Below are positions 31,187 through 40,583 of a stretch of DNA of 64,000 bases, one piece after another (positions within the stretch are counted from its first letter, which is position 1; each line of letters begins with the position of its first letter). The DNA is from an uncultured bacterium (lineage in GTDB: Bacteria > Babelota > Babeliae > Babelales > Vermiphilaceae). Location: positions 800,001 to 864,000 of the forward strand of contig OY970212.1 in NCBI GenBank assembly GCA_963713925.1, read 5' to 3'. The translations under genes were made by a program, and so were the position numbers. A model generated the notes under the pieces. That model worked only from the letters and a program-made list of their open reading frames with translations. It was not told where the DNA came from and did no database searches.

Positions 31187-31920
31187 TGAAAACACTCTCT
31201 TTTTTATCACTCACTGCATGTCTTTCAAGCAATACTCTCTTGGGAATCGATCCCAAAATGCGAGAATTGCTTCGACCGTTGGTAACATATCAGCGTCCGA
31301 CTCCCCTGAGCTCAGAGATCGAAACAAAAGAAGTTGAAACGACCAGCTCTGAACAATTGCAGGAAGATAAAGCTGACGCCACAACCGAAACACTGAATGT
31401 GATTCCTGCTACGCCTTCTTTGATACCGTCTGCAGTATATAAGTATATTGCTCGCTATTATTATGGCATAAAGCCGCATGTTGTTGTTTTTGATGTTAAT
31501 GGCGTGCTCCTTGATTTCGCTGGAAAACTAATCCCACAGGGAGTGAACCTTTTACAAAAATGTGCACGTGCCGGACATACTATTATGATTTTATCAAATG
31601 GCGGACTCTCCACTCTGGGAGAACTCTATCTTGCGGGTCATGATGAAATCCTCACATTTATTAAGCAAGAACATTTATTGTTTTCAGGAATCACTCGAAA
31701 AATAAAACCTTCAAATGCAGCATATCAACACCTTCGCACGATTGTCGCTCAGGACACAAATGATGCTCACACGAACATTTGTTTCATTGATGACACAAAA
31801 GCAAATATAACAGCTGCTCAGAGAAATGGCATTCATGGTTTGCATCTAGATACGAGTAAAGGTTATGAAGCTGCTTATTCAAACGTAGAAAAACAATTAC
31901 AGCAGTTAGGCGTTTTATAA
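31186..31920 (+). CDS. HAD-family phosphatase with signal peptide
   Basis: VVFDVNGVL, LSN, KP, FIDD motifs; TAATG overlap with the upstream gene. Confidence 0.85.
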   Translation: MKTLSFLSLTACLSSNTLLGIDPKMRELLRPLVTYQRPTPLSSEIETKEVETTSSEQLQEDKADATTETLNVIPATPSLIPSAVYKYIARYYYGIKPHVVVFDVNGVLLDFAGKLIPQGVNLLQKCARAGHTIMILSNGGLSTLGELYLAGHDEILTFIKQEHLLFSGITRKIKPSNAAYQHLRTIVAQDTNDAHTNICFIDDTKANITAAQRNGIHGLHLDTSKGYEAAYSNVEKQLQQLGVL

Positions 31921-31962
31921 ATAAATAAGAAGAGCGGTTTGTAATTTTATACGCCGCTCTTC

Positions 31963-32796
31963 TTATTTTTGATCCTTTGGACAATAATAGGCAGATCTTC
32001 CCCCAATAGTCACCCTTTTGAGCATGTGATTTTTGTTCTTAGGGCACCGCATGTCGGTATGTCGATGAGCTTGTAAATATGATGATTGAAAAAGTCGATT
32101 ATCTTCTTCAGAAAATGCTTGATGTTTTGTTACCTCTGTAAGATTTTTTTTGCGGAGACGAATCGAGTATTTTAAAACTTTTTGCATCTCTTGATATATC
32201 TTTTTCAAATCTTTATTTGAGAGATCCTTTATTTTATGGTGCGGATCGATACCAGATTGAAACAAAATTTCATCTGAATATTCATTCCCAATACCGGAAA
32301 TAATCTTTTGATCCATAAGAAACGATTTACTGTTTTTCGATTTGTTTTCTTCAGCAATTTTCATAAATATGGACAAAGATAATTTCAAAGCTTCCGGGCC
32401 TAATGAGGATATTTCTTTAAGATCTTCAATAGAATCGACAAGCCACAACTTTCCAAATTTTCTGATATCACACCAATGCAAACTACCCTCTTTTGTAAAA
32501 TGAAACGTTACCTGACTAAAGCGGACCGTTTCATCATCTTTTGTCACCACTAAAAATCCAGTGAGCCCAAAATGCATAATCAATTTTTTGTCTGATGGAC
32601 TCAAAGAGATAATGAGATATTTTCCTCTTCTTTCTACCGTAGCAAATTCTTGACCGATCAAACCTTTTTTAAATGAGATGGAACTAATCTTCTTGATGAC
32701 TCTTTTGTCTGCAATATCAATTGAAGTTATCTTTTTTTTGAGGCAGTTCTTCTTAACATAATAAGCAAAGGATTCTACTTCAGGTAATTCCGGCAT
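31963..32796 (-). CDS. mutM: Formamidopyrimidine-DNA glycosylase (Fpg/Nei family)
   Basis: MPELPEVE, RRGKY, HFGLTG, GIGNEY, GGRSAYYCP. Confidence 0.9.
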   Translation of the reverse strand: MPELPEVESFAYYVKKNCLKKKITSIDIADKRVIKKISSISFKKGLIGQEFATVERRGKYLIISLSPSDKKLIMHFGLTGFLVVTKDDETVRFSQVTFHFTKEGSLHWCDIRKFGKLWLVDSIEDLKEISSLGPEALKLSLSIFMKIAEENKSKNSKSFLMDQKIISGIGNEYSDEILFQSGIDPHHKIKDLSNKDLKKIYQEMQKVLKYSIRLRKKNLTEVTKHQAFSEEDNRLFQSSYLQAHRHTDMRCPKNKNHMLKRVTIGGRSAYYCPKDQK

Positions 32797-32863
32797 GACA
32801 TATTCCACTTTTTATTGGGGTATAGTTGCTGGAATTTATCCTAATAATTCTGATCTCGTTCTG

Positions 32864-33958
32864 TCAATAATGAAGCGAGTTATATGGCTCCACCAAGGCT
32901 CTCCCTCGTTGCGCATATGTTGCAATATGCGGTAATCCATACTTCTCATAAAGCGCATGAACAAAACATTGGTATTTGGACGCATCATCTTTGTCGTCAA
33001 ACATATAGCGAGGATGAGAAGACTTTTCTAAGGTGAGAAGATGCACCGATGGATGGCCCGCATCATAAAGCGCTTGTGCAAGATTTTTTGTACATTCTGC
33101 GGGAACTTCGGGGTCAACTTTCGATGTTATAAATGCAATGGGAACCGTTCGTGGAAAATGCTCAACTTCTCTGATGGGAGATGGTCCATCAATTTGATAT
33201 GAAATAACTTTTGAAGCAACTGTTGCCGCACTCTGTAATGCCCAATCGGAATCAAAGAACCGGGGATGCCGTTTGCGCATAACAGTAGGAATATCATCGA
33301 AACACCCTTCCAAAATACAGAGTTTTATCTTGGAAATGTCATGTCCACGCCCTTCTTTAGCCAAAGTTGCCAACGATTGAAAGGTGGTTGCAGCTCCTCT
33401 GGACACTCCGTACGCAATAATGTCGCTCTCAGGATGCTTTTTCACACAACAATCAAATCGTTTTTTATGGTTGTTAATATCGCCATCTTGCGCAATGTTA
33501 ATTTTTGCAAGATCAAGAGAATGGCTTGCAATAGTATAATCGGGATCTTGATCTGCGGTTGGAAGTATCTGGGTTCCATACGAAGCATTTGACCGCTGTA
33601 CTGCGAAATAACAAAGCCTTTTGCCTAAACCATTGATCATACTCATCGGATTCAGTGTAAGATCCGACCATTGTAATGATCTTCTGGGTGCCGGGGTAAC
33701 CTCATCTATTTCAGGTGCAACATGAACATTTTGTATGGTATGTATACCGTTTTTATTTACCACCAACTCACCCGTGGTTGCTATAAATCCATCGGGTCCC
33801 GTATATTTAGCTGCTTGAGTCTGTGAGCTATTCATTCCTTGATAAAATACCGTTCGAACATCAATACCTGTGGGATTAACCCAAGTCAGATCTTGCCCGA
33901 CAAGAGAAACCGTACTCACAAGTAAAAATGAATTAAGAATTCCTGATATGTTCTTCAT
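32864..33958 (-). CDS. Secreted alpha/beta hydrolase
   Basis: GVSRG nucleophile elbow, D..V and H candidates, signal peptide. Confidence 0.75.
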   Translation of the reverse strand: MKNISGILNSFLLVSTVSLVGQDLTWVNPTGIDVRTVFYQGMNSSQTQAAKYTGPDGFIATTGELVVNKNGIHTIQNVHVAPEIDEVTPAPRRSLQWSDLTLNPMSMINGLGKRLCYFAVQRSNASYGTQILPTADQDPDYTIASHSLDLAKINIAQDGDINNHKKRFDCCVKKHPESDIIAYGVSRGAATTFQSLATLAKEGRGHDISKIKLCILEGCFDDIPTVMRKRHPRFFDSDWALQSAATVASKVISYQIDGPSPIREVEHFPRTVPIAFITSKVDPEVPAECTKNLAQALYDAGHPSVHLLTLEKSSHPRYMFDDKDDASKYQCFVHALYEKYGLPHIATYAQRGRALVEPYNSLHY

Positions 33959-34041
33959 CAGAGCAAGCTCCTTGCAAATAAAATCTCTGTTATTGTATCA
34001 TGATTGCCAAACAATAGTAGTAAGAAATCCGGAGAATCAAT

Positions 34042-34794
34042 ATGAACCATTTGTCATACATAATAATTGGAATAATAAGTATCACCGGAAGCTTATTATA
34101 TTCCATACCAAATTATTGGGACCCGAAAAACATAATATCTGCAAAAGATCCTTATTGGTTTTTTCATTATGATGGAGATTTGATATTGCTTGCCCGTTAT
34201 TACCCTGCAGTGCGCGAGCAATTGCTCAAAGAAGCCGCAGAAAAAATAGCTGAATATAAAAAGGGAGCTTATACAAGCGAATCGAAATTGTTTAAAGATA
34301 AAATGCAAGTGGCTGAATCAATAAATGTTTTAGAAAATAATTATCAAGCACTTATTAATGACTTACAAGACCCTGTCGAGAGAGAATTACTTCTCGCACA
34401 AGAACAACTTAAAAAAGCGCAACAAGCTTTTGACGATCAACAAAAAAACAGCTCTTACTTTCCACCATGCAAAGCACCTCTCACTCATGACGATAGGAAA
34501 GAACTCAAAGATCTTATCGATAAACAACCCAAAGATATTTTATTGCTCACACCGGAAGAGCCTGATACCGGGGGGCCCGGCTGGGCCGGTGCAATTTTAC
34601 CAAACATGAACACTTTTGAACGTTGGGCCGACGCAGAGCAACGCTATGATCAACTCAAAAAAATGATTTCCTCATATGCCACGTGCCCGCACCTCTCTAA
34701 AGCCGATAAAACATTAATCGACAATGCACGTAAATCATTAGATGCAGCATATAAAACAGTGGTTAAAGAATTAAAAACCAAACTTTATAAATGA
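34042..34794 (+). CDS. Hypothetical secreted helical protein
   Basis: GGAG RBS, hydrophobic N-terminus. Confidence 0.7.
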   Translation: MNHLSYIIIGIISITGSLLYSIPNYWDPKNIISAKDPYWFFHYDGDLILLARYYPAVREQLLKEAAEKIAEYKKGAYTSESKLFKDKMQVAESINVLENNYQALINDLQDPVERELLLAQEQLKKAQQAFDDQQKNSSYFPPCKAPLTHDDRKELKDLIDKQPKDILLLTPEEPDTGGPGWAGAILPNMNTFERWADAEQRYDQLKKMISSYATCPHLSKADKTLIDNARKSLDAAYKTVVKELKTKLYK

Positions 34795-34798
34795 AAAA

Positions 34799-34824
34799 GG
34801 GCAACTCATTTCTGGATTGCCTTA
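34799..34824. repeat. Hairpin direct repeat, left copy (GGCAACTCATTTCTGGATTGCCTTA)
   Basis: One mismatch to 39993-40017. Confidence 0.85.
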
Positions 34825-34865
34825 AAACGAATTACTTTTTTCCATTAACAATTATATACAGCCGC

Positions 34866-35093
34866 TTATTCATCTTTCTTGAATCGTGGCATCATAACCC
34901 CGTTCACTTCAACTATTTCTGTAAACATTGAAAGCGGCCGGCACCAAATCTGATTTTCCCCATACGTTGGGCAATCGTATAAAGCTTGATATACAACAAA
35001 TAGCGTATCCGGATCTTCACTGAAGCGCGCTACATGTAATACTTTATACATCTTACCTTTATAATGCTTGTAGATCTTGCCTGGTTCAATCAT
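34866..35093 (-). CDS. DUF1653 family protein
   Basis: YKHYKGKMYKV...VVYQALY...WCRPLSMF. Confidence 0.85.
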   Translation of the reverse strand: MIEPGKIYKHYKGKMYKVLHVARFSEDPDTLFVVYQALYDCPTYGENQIWCRPLSMFTEIVEVNGVMMPRFKKDE

Positions 35094-35152
35094 ATTTTGT
35101 GTATTGATTTGATTGCTATTTAATCTATCGAGCAACATAATTTACCTCTTCA

Positions 35153-36106
35153 TTAACGTATGAATTTCACTAAACCAATCATCGCATATGCCTCTTCATA
35201 ATTGAATCCATGGCAATCGATGCCAAAATCGCTAAGGATTCTTTTTTGATATTCCGAGATAGGTTTAACGGAAGCATAAGGCTTTGATGATTGAGATTTT
35301 TGAATGTGCACGGTTGATTTTTTAAACTCTTCCATGAGATTTCTAAAATCTGTTATATATCGCCGAGCAATCTCTACAGACTGAACTCTCATCATGTTTT
35401 CATAATTTTTACTAAAAGCCGTTCCTGTTAAATTTGCTGAACCTACCCATGTAATACTAGCATCGATCACTATAAATTTATGGTGCATGCGTACCGCATC
35501 TACATTTGATTCAGCAAACTTGATTCCACTTTTTATAAATTGTTGTTGCAATAGCGCGACGTTCGGTGTCGACCTATCGAAAATAATCTCAATTTCTACA
35601 TTTCTTTTTCTGGCAACCCTTAGGGCCATGATAATATTCGAATGGGTAAGCCAATACGATGCGATGCATATTTTCTCGTTTGCGCTCATCAAATCTTCAT
35701 AGAGGCGCCCAACGCATTCTTGCCATTCATTCGGCATAAAAAACGGCTCAATTGATGAAGGAGGCAATGAAACGAGCCGTTCCCGTCGAGTAAAAAAAGA
35801 ACGAAACATCATCCCTATTACAAGCACAAAAAAACAAACTATGAGCGCAATGCTCCAATCATAGGGAATCTCTTGTGAAGGCATTTGTGGTGAGATAGTT
35901 GAAATAGGCCTCTGCAACGAAACTTGAGCCGGCTGACGCACCATCGCGCCAGTATCAATTTTTTTCGTTGCCTTGGTTGACTCCGATGCAACGGCTTTTA
36001 CTTTTTTTCCGAAGGGCCAAATTCGACTTAAAAAACTTCTTGGCTGATCAGCCAAATTTTGATTCGTAAAAGCGAATAATACCAAAAACAATACTTTTCT
36101 AGTCAC
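35153..36106 (-). CDS. Phospholipase D-like (single HKD; Nuc/MitoPLD-type) protein with signal and TM segment
   Basis: MHHKFIVID...GSANLT...NYEN. Confidence 0.85.
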   Translation of the reverse strand: MTRKVLFLVLFAFTNQNLADQPRSFLSRIWPFGKKVKAVASESTKATKKIDTGAMVRQPAQVSLQRPISTISPQMPSQEIPYDWSIALIVCFFVLVIGMMFRSFFTRRERLVSLPPSSIEPFFMPNEWQECVGRLYEDLMSANEKICIASYWLTHSNIIMALRVARKRNVEIEIIFDRSTPNVALLQQQFIKSGIKFAESNVDAVRMHHKFIVIDASITWVGSANLTGTAFSKNYENMMRVQSVEIARRYITDFRNLMEEFKKSTVHIQKSQSSKPYASVKPISEYQKRILSDFGIDCHGFNYEEAYAMIGLVKFIR

Positions 36107-36309
36107 AAAAGCCCCCTATCATTACTCTTTTTAGCATACCTCGAATTTCTTTAGCGCGCTAATTCAAAAAACAGATTGACAAAGATGACCGGAGCGATAT
36201 ATGTAAACGCTTCCTTTAAAATCAGATGGATTATTATTCTACATACACACTGTCAGACAACTGATTGTCAATTATCTTACAAACAAGTGATAACAATGGA
36301 ACTACTTGC

Positions 36310-36936
36310 TCATTTTGATTCGATAATGAAAAACCTGTCCATAGTAGATGCAAAATTATTTGTAGCTTCTATCTTTTCAAGATATTCCTGAACATCTTTA
36401 AAAATTACTAAAGGGTAACCTCCTTTTATTAATATTAACTGTAAAAGAATATGTGCAGTTCGACCATTTCCACCTCGAAAAAAATGTAGTACCGTCAATC
36501 GAATATGCGCGAGTACCGCAATTTTAATAACATGCTCATCAGATTTTAAACCCGATATAAAATGATCTATGAATCCATAATCATCTATCATTTTACGAGA
36601 AGGAATACGTATCGGTGGTTTATCACCTTTTAGAATACCGAAACTATCAGACTCAGACCGTAAAACACCGTCACAATCTTCAAGGCTGAGATTAATCTCT
36701 TGAATGTGCTGGAATGTTATCTCTCTTAGAGATAACGACTTGGTCAACTCGCTGATTTTCTGTGTAGCCGCAGAATTGATCATTTTCAATGTGCCATCCG
36801 TCGAAGGATACTGTAATTCACGCACAGAAATTTCGTATTGTGATTTCCGTTTTTTCTCATCAATTTTTTTTAAATTAAAATCGATATCAATCATAGTTTT
36901 CATTGTCCAGTTTTTAAAAATTATTTTGTGCAACAA
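36310..36936 (-). CDS. Fic-domain protein with a degenerate motif
   Basis: HFFRGGNGRTAH versus canonical HPFxDGNGRxxR; start uncertain. Confidence 0.7.
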   Translation of the reverse strand: MLHKIIFKNWTMKTMIDIDFNLKKIDEKKRKSQYEISVRELQYPSTDGTLKMINSAATQKISELTKSLSLREITFQHIQEINLSLEDCDGVLRSESDSFGILKGDKPPIRIPSRKMIDDYGFIDHFISGLKSDEHVIKIAVLAHIRLTVLHFFRGGNGRTAHILLQLILIKGGYPLVIFKDVQEYLEKIEATNNFASTMDRFFIIESK

Positions 36937-37047
36937 AAAAGCCCCGAATTACTCGGAGCCTTTTAATAATTTTAATTAAATCCCTAGCTAAGCAGTGGCG
37001 GCGCTTGAGCCAGGCGAAGCCGAGGCACCCGAAGGATGACTTGGCGA

Positions 37048-37090
37048 GGGTTGGGTCCCAAGTGAAGCAAAGCGAAACTTGGGTAAAAAG
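37048..37090. repeat. Palindromic repeat (GGGTCCCAAGTGAAGCAAAGCGAAACTTGGGTAAAA)
   Basis: Reverse complement matches the 39-bp units at 20715-20831; tail matches 10674-10689. Confidence 0.75.
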
Positions 37091-37202
37091 ACTGGCTGGA
37101 GACGCTGCGCACTCTTCGAACTTTCAACTGGAAAGGCTTGCAGAAAACAATAAACATATTTGCGTTGAATCCGCCCAATTCAGTCCGAATTGCATAAAGT
37201 CA

Positions 37203-37433
37203 TCAATTTTCTTCATCTCTTAAAGAAGAAAATGTTGTTTCTAAAAAATACCCCTGATAATAACTATGTAGGCGTTCTTTTAAACATTTAAAATGACAAA
37301 AAAAATCTTGTGTAGGCTGATATTTTATCTCTTTGCCATAATTTGCCATGATATTCATGTTACACGGGTCAACATCTGAAGGCTCAATTGCTTGATTGCA
37401 AAAACAACAAGAAAACTTTAGTTCATTTGTCAT
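37203..37433 (-). CDS. Small Cys/His protein (CxxC...HxxC), probable second immunity or accessory gene
   Basis: CCFC...FCHFKC; 3-nt gap after 37437..37874. Confidence 0.6.
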   Translation of the reverse strand: MTNELKFSCCFCNQAIEPSDVDPCNMNIMANYGKEIKYQPTQDFFCHFKCLKERLHSYYQGYFLETTFSSLRDEEN

Positions 37434-37436
37434 CCA

Positions 37437-37874
37437 TTATGCCTCGATTTTCAAATCAATTACCCCGACAGTTATATCATCCCCGGGTAATATCTCTATT
37501 ATATATCCTTCTGATGGGTTGAAAATGAATTTATCAAAGGTGACACTTACAACGTAATCATATTGTTGTATTACATCATATATATTTGTCTTTATAGCAG
37601 GGATTGCAGCTGAACCCCACTCTATAAATACGGACGGATCAAAATCATCACCTAAAAATCTCTTCAATGAATCTATTATCATAGTATAATTTGTGCCCAA
37701 ATTCATTTTATGATTAATTTTGTCCCAATCAATTTTCCCCCATTCTGTCATTGGATACAAATCGGTAAAAAGTTGCAATACCCTATCTGATTCTTGCTCA
37801 GGTAGTAGCTCTATTTTTAAAGCTTCAATACACCTTAGAAATGGTGCATTGCGCGTGTGCCTTGTTTGAGACAT
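37437..37874 (-). CDS. Putative cognate immunity protein (CdiI-like)
   Basis: Starts 1 nt after the toxin stop; small, acidic; YPMTEWGKIDW resembles CdiI-type proteins. Confidence 0.7.
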   Translation of the reverse strand: MSQTRHTRNAPFLRCIEALKIELLPEQESDRVLQLFTDLYPMTEWGKIDWDKINHKMNLGTNYTMIIDSLKRFLGDDFDPSVFIEWGSAAIPAIKTNIYDVIQQYDYVVSVTFDKFIFNPSEGYIIEILPGDDITVGVIDLKIEA

Positions 37875-37875
37875 G

Positions 37876-39915
37876 CTATTCCCTTTTGTTTTTATTTAAA
37901 TTCTCAATGGCATTCAAAATGAGCGATAAATATTTATTATCTGTCTGCATAAAAATCGTCTTAGTCATTTCAAGATTAGCACGAGTATTTAAATGTTTTA
38001 TTAAACTTTGCACCGTTGATTCAGTCCCCTCAAATAGAACAGCGTATACATTTCCTTTTACCCCGTTACCTAATCTATAATCTGTGATGTTTATATGTGG
38101 ACCTTTCCCAGGGGCATAGTCGATTCTAAAAGATACATCTCCATCGTGCCAATCGGTTCCTATAATCTTACCTTTAAGCTTACCGAACTTACCGACGTGT
38201 GGAGTAGCCGTATGCGGATCAACCTTACCGATAAGCTCTAAGGCTTTATTTCTTGCTTGCTCATAAGTTTTCATTCTTGGAATAGATTTTTCACGCTTAG
38301 GTATATTTGTATGTGAATCAATAAAAGGAGTCTTTTCGTTCGACAACTTTCCAGCTTTCAGCAACATTCCCTCAGGAGTTGCTAAAAATAATTCCGGTTC
38401 CGCTTGCGGATATTTTTCGATAAACTCGATTGCTTTCATACGAGCTTTACCATAGATTGAATTCAATCCTTTGAGCATTCGGCCTTGAGCATACCAGCCA
38501 ACAGTGACCTGAGTAGCGAGTTCAGCAGCCTGTGCCGCCGAAATTCCTTTTTCAAATTGTGTCAGAAGTGCATCAACAGGCGCCAAATAGGCATCGAGCT
38601 TTTCATATCCAGCCAGCCGATCGTAATAAGATGTAATCGCAATATCCGCTACTGCATAAGCAAGTTTGCACGCTTGATACGCCAATACATATTGTCCGGC
38701 TACAAGGCAAAGTCCCGTATGCAATGGATGAGTTGCCAAATCATACGCAGCATAATACACACCCAGGCATGCCCCTTTTGCCATTGCATGCCCTATATCA
38801 AGAAGCACGAAACAAAAATCGTTGATTGTTGTCGCTTTGTGCGTCAAACCAATTTGGTTAAACTCACGTGACGCATCAACGCAATCCATAAAATCTTTTC
38901 TGTATATATACAGCGAATCAACTGTTTGCAGTCGTGCTGTTCGATCTAAAACATCAATACATTCTTGATGCACCGCTTGCTGGAGTTGGTTGCCATAATG
39001 AGTCGTGAATTGGTTCTGATTATAATTGCATTCGCCGATCAGGCCGATGGAAGGTGCTTCAAGTGTATATTCCAATTGCTTATACTCGGCGCCCGAATTT
39101 TGTGTAGCATTAAGAGCAGCCATTCGCTTCCCAAAATGCTCATTTGATAGTCCATAATGACGGGCAATATCTGATGAATTATTCCACAATAGTGCATCAT
39201 TAGTAATCTGATTCAGACTATTGTAAAAAGTGTTTCTGAGCTTTTCTCGTTCTTCTTCAAGCTTTTTCCGAGCGGCTTCTTCACGCTCTTTTCGCGCTTG
39301 TTCTTCCTTGATTTCTCGATCTCTTTTCTCATGAAACAAGCGTCTGCTTTCTATTTTATCGCACTCTTGTGCTATTGCGTTATGCGCATTCGTCGTTACG
39401 CGTTTTTCGATTTCTTTATTGGAATGTATTAGCTCGTGAAGTGCCTTGACCTTGCTTTCATATCCGGAAAACTGACTAACAGTATCCCGAAATGCTTCAT
39501 ATTCGTACAAATTGATTTGATTGAGTATGTTTTCTTGGTCTTTAAAGCTGATATAAAAATACTTGCTTTCCGTATTGACAAAAAAAGTATATCCACGCTC
39601 AAATGCCCAAAAAACATCAATAGGAAAAGAAGATATTTGGCAACGTAATCGAGCTATTGCGGTATAATAATCTTTTCTGCTCCAATATTTGCATTCATGT
39701 TGTCTTTCAAAAAGAGCCTTATCATGCTCCGCCAACCCAAGCCAATTTCTTTTATTCGACCCAATCCCAAATTGGCTATAAATATCATTGGCGTGTTGAT
39801 TATCGTAACGAGATTTTTCCGGTTTCTCGGGAACAGGTGGTATTTCGGGATTATCGGGATTGTATGAAAAGATGGAACTATAAAAGAATATCGAAAAGAG
39901 AAATGTTATAAACAT
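37876..39915 (-). CDS. Signal-peptide polymorphic toxin with CdiA-CT-like C-terminal nuclease domain
   Basis: C-terminal YEQARNKAL...RIDYAPGKGPHINITDY...FEG; N-terminal signal; central coiled coil and hydrophobic helices. Confidence 0.75.
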   Translation of the reverse strand: MFITFLFSIFFYSSIFSYNPDNPEIPPVPEKPEKSRYDNQHANDIYSQFGIGSNKRNWLGLAEHDKALFERQHECKYWSRKDYYTAIARLRCQISSFPIDVFWAFERGYTFFVNTESKYFYISFKDQENILNQINLYEYEAFRDTVSQFSGYESKVKALHELIHSNKEIEKRVTTNAHNAIAQECDKIESRRLFHEKRDREIKEEQARKEREEAARKKLEEEREKLRNTFYNSLNQITNDALLWNNSSDIARHYGLSNEHFGKRMAALNATQNSGAEYKQLEYTLEAPSIGLIGECNYNQNQFTTHYGNQLQQAVHQECIDVLDRTARLQTVDSLYIYRKDFMDCVDASREFNQIGLTHKATTINDFCFVLLDIGHAMAKGACLGVYYAAYDLATHPLHTGLCLVAGQYVLAYQACKLAYAVADIAITSYYDRLAGYEKLDAYLAPVDALLTQFEKGISAAQAAELATQVTVGWYAQGRMLKGLNSIYGKARMKAIEFIEKYPQAEPELFLATPEGMLLKAGKLSNEKTPFIDSHTNIPKREKSIPRMKTYEQARNKALELIGKVDPHTATPHVGKFGKLKGKIIGTDWHDGDVSFRIDYAPGKGPHINITDYRLGNGVKGNVYAVLFEGTESTVQSLIKHLNTRANLEMTKTIFMQTDNKYLSLILNAIENLNKNKRE

Positions 39916-39990
39916 TGGTGTAACCCTTTTTGGACTCGCATGTTGTTATCTGAGTTTATAACATGGATCGAAATTGATTGCAAAACAAAT

Positions 39991-40017
39991 AAGGCAACTC
40001 ATTTCTGAATTGCCTTA
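39991..40017 (-). terminator. tRNA-Gln terminator hairpin, right copy of the direct repeat
   Basis: AAGGCAA...TTGCCTT stem; T-rich tail on the minus strand. Confidence 0.7.
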
Positions 40018-40073
40018 TAATAATTCCTTAGCTGGCCGTGCCAGCCATTTATCATTTTTTCAAAAATGATAAA

Positions 40074-40148
40074 TGGCTGGGGTGGAAGGATTCGAACCTC
40101 CGGATGCCGGTACCAAAAACCGGTGCCTTACCACTTGGCGACACCCCA
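40074..40148 (-). tRNA. tRNA-Gln (anticodon TTG)
   Basis: TGGGGTG acceptor, CCGGT/ACCGG anticodon stem with loop TTTTGGT, GGTTCGAATCC T-arm, encoded CCA. Confidence 0.97.
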
Positions 40149-40185
40149 CCAAAATTTAATGTCGAAAGATGTGCTTTATTTTAAA

Positions 40186-40479
40186 TTACTCTTCATCTTC
40201 AGCTGATCCGTATGCATCGCCTGAGGCAACCACACGATCATATTCTTTGATGATCATATCTTCAATTTTTTTGCGCATATCCGAGTTGAGCGGATGAACG
40301 ATATCTCTAAACGTTCCATCTTTTCTGCGGCGCGAAGGCATGGAGACAAATAAACCTTTATTTCCTTCGATGACCTTCAAATCTCTCACGATGAAACTGT
40401 TGTCGAACACAACGGTTGCATATGCTTTGAGTCTGCCACTTTCTTTTGCCGGATATACTTTTACTTCAGTTATTTCCAT
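40186..40479 (-). CDS. spoVG: SpoVG family nucleic-acid-binding protein
   Basis: MEITEVKV...LKAYA...GLFVSMPSR...FRDIVHP. Confidence 0.95.
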   Translation of the reverse strand: MEITEVKVYPAKESGRLKAYATVVFDNSFIVRDLKVIEGNKGLFVSMPSRRRKDGTFRDIVHPLNSDMRKKIEDMIIKEYDRVVASGDAYGSAEDEE

Positions 40480-40583
40480 GGTCGCAACCTTTAGAGACTA
40501 CATCCCTTTTTTTTGGGTTTATATTACGCACATATCAATTGTGAGACAATTGTATCTCATGAAGCGCATTTGTCAACACAATT

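Noticed and set aside
36984..37223. Small ORFs on both strands
   Set aside because: They arise from GC-rich palindromic repeat sequence
34825..39990. Prophage or integrative element
   Set aside because: No integrase or phage genes, and no duplicated tRNA 3' end at the far boundary
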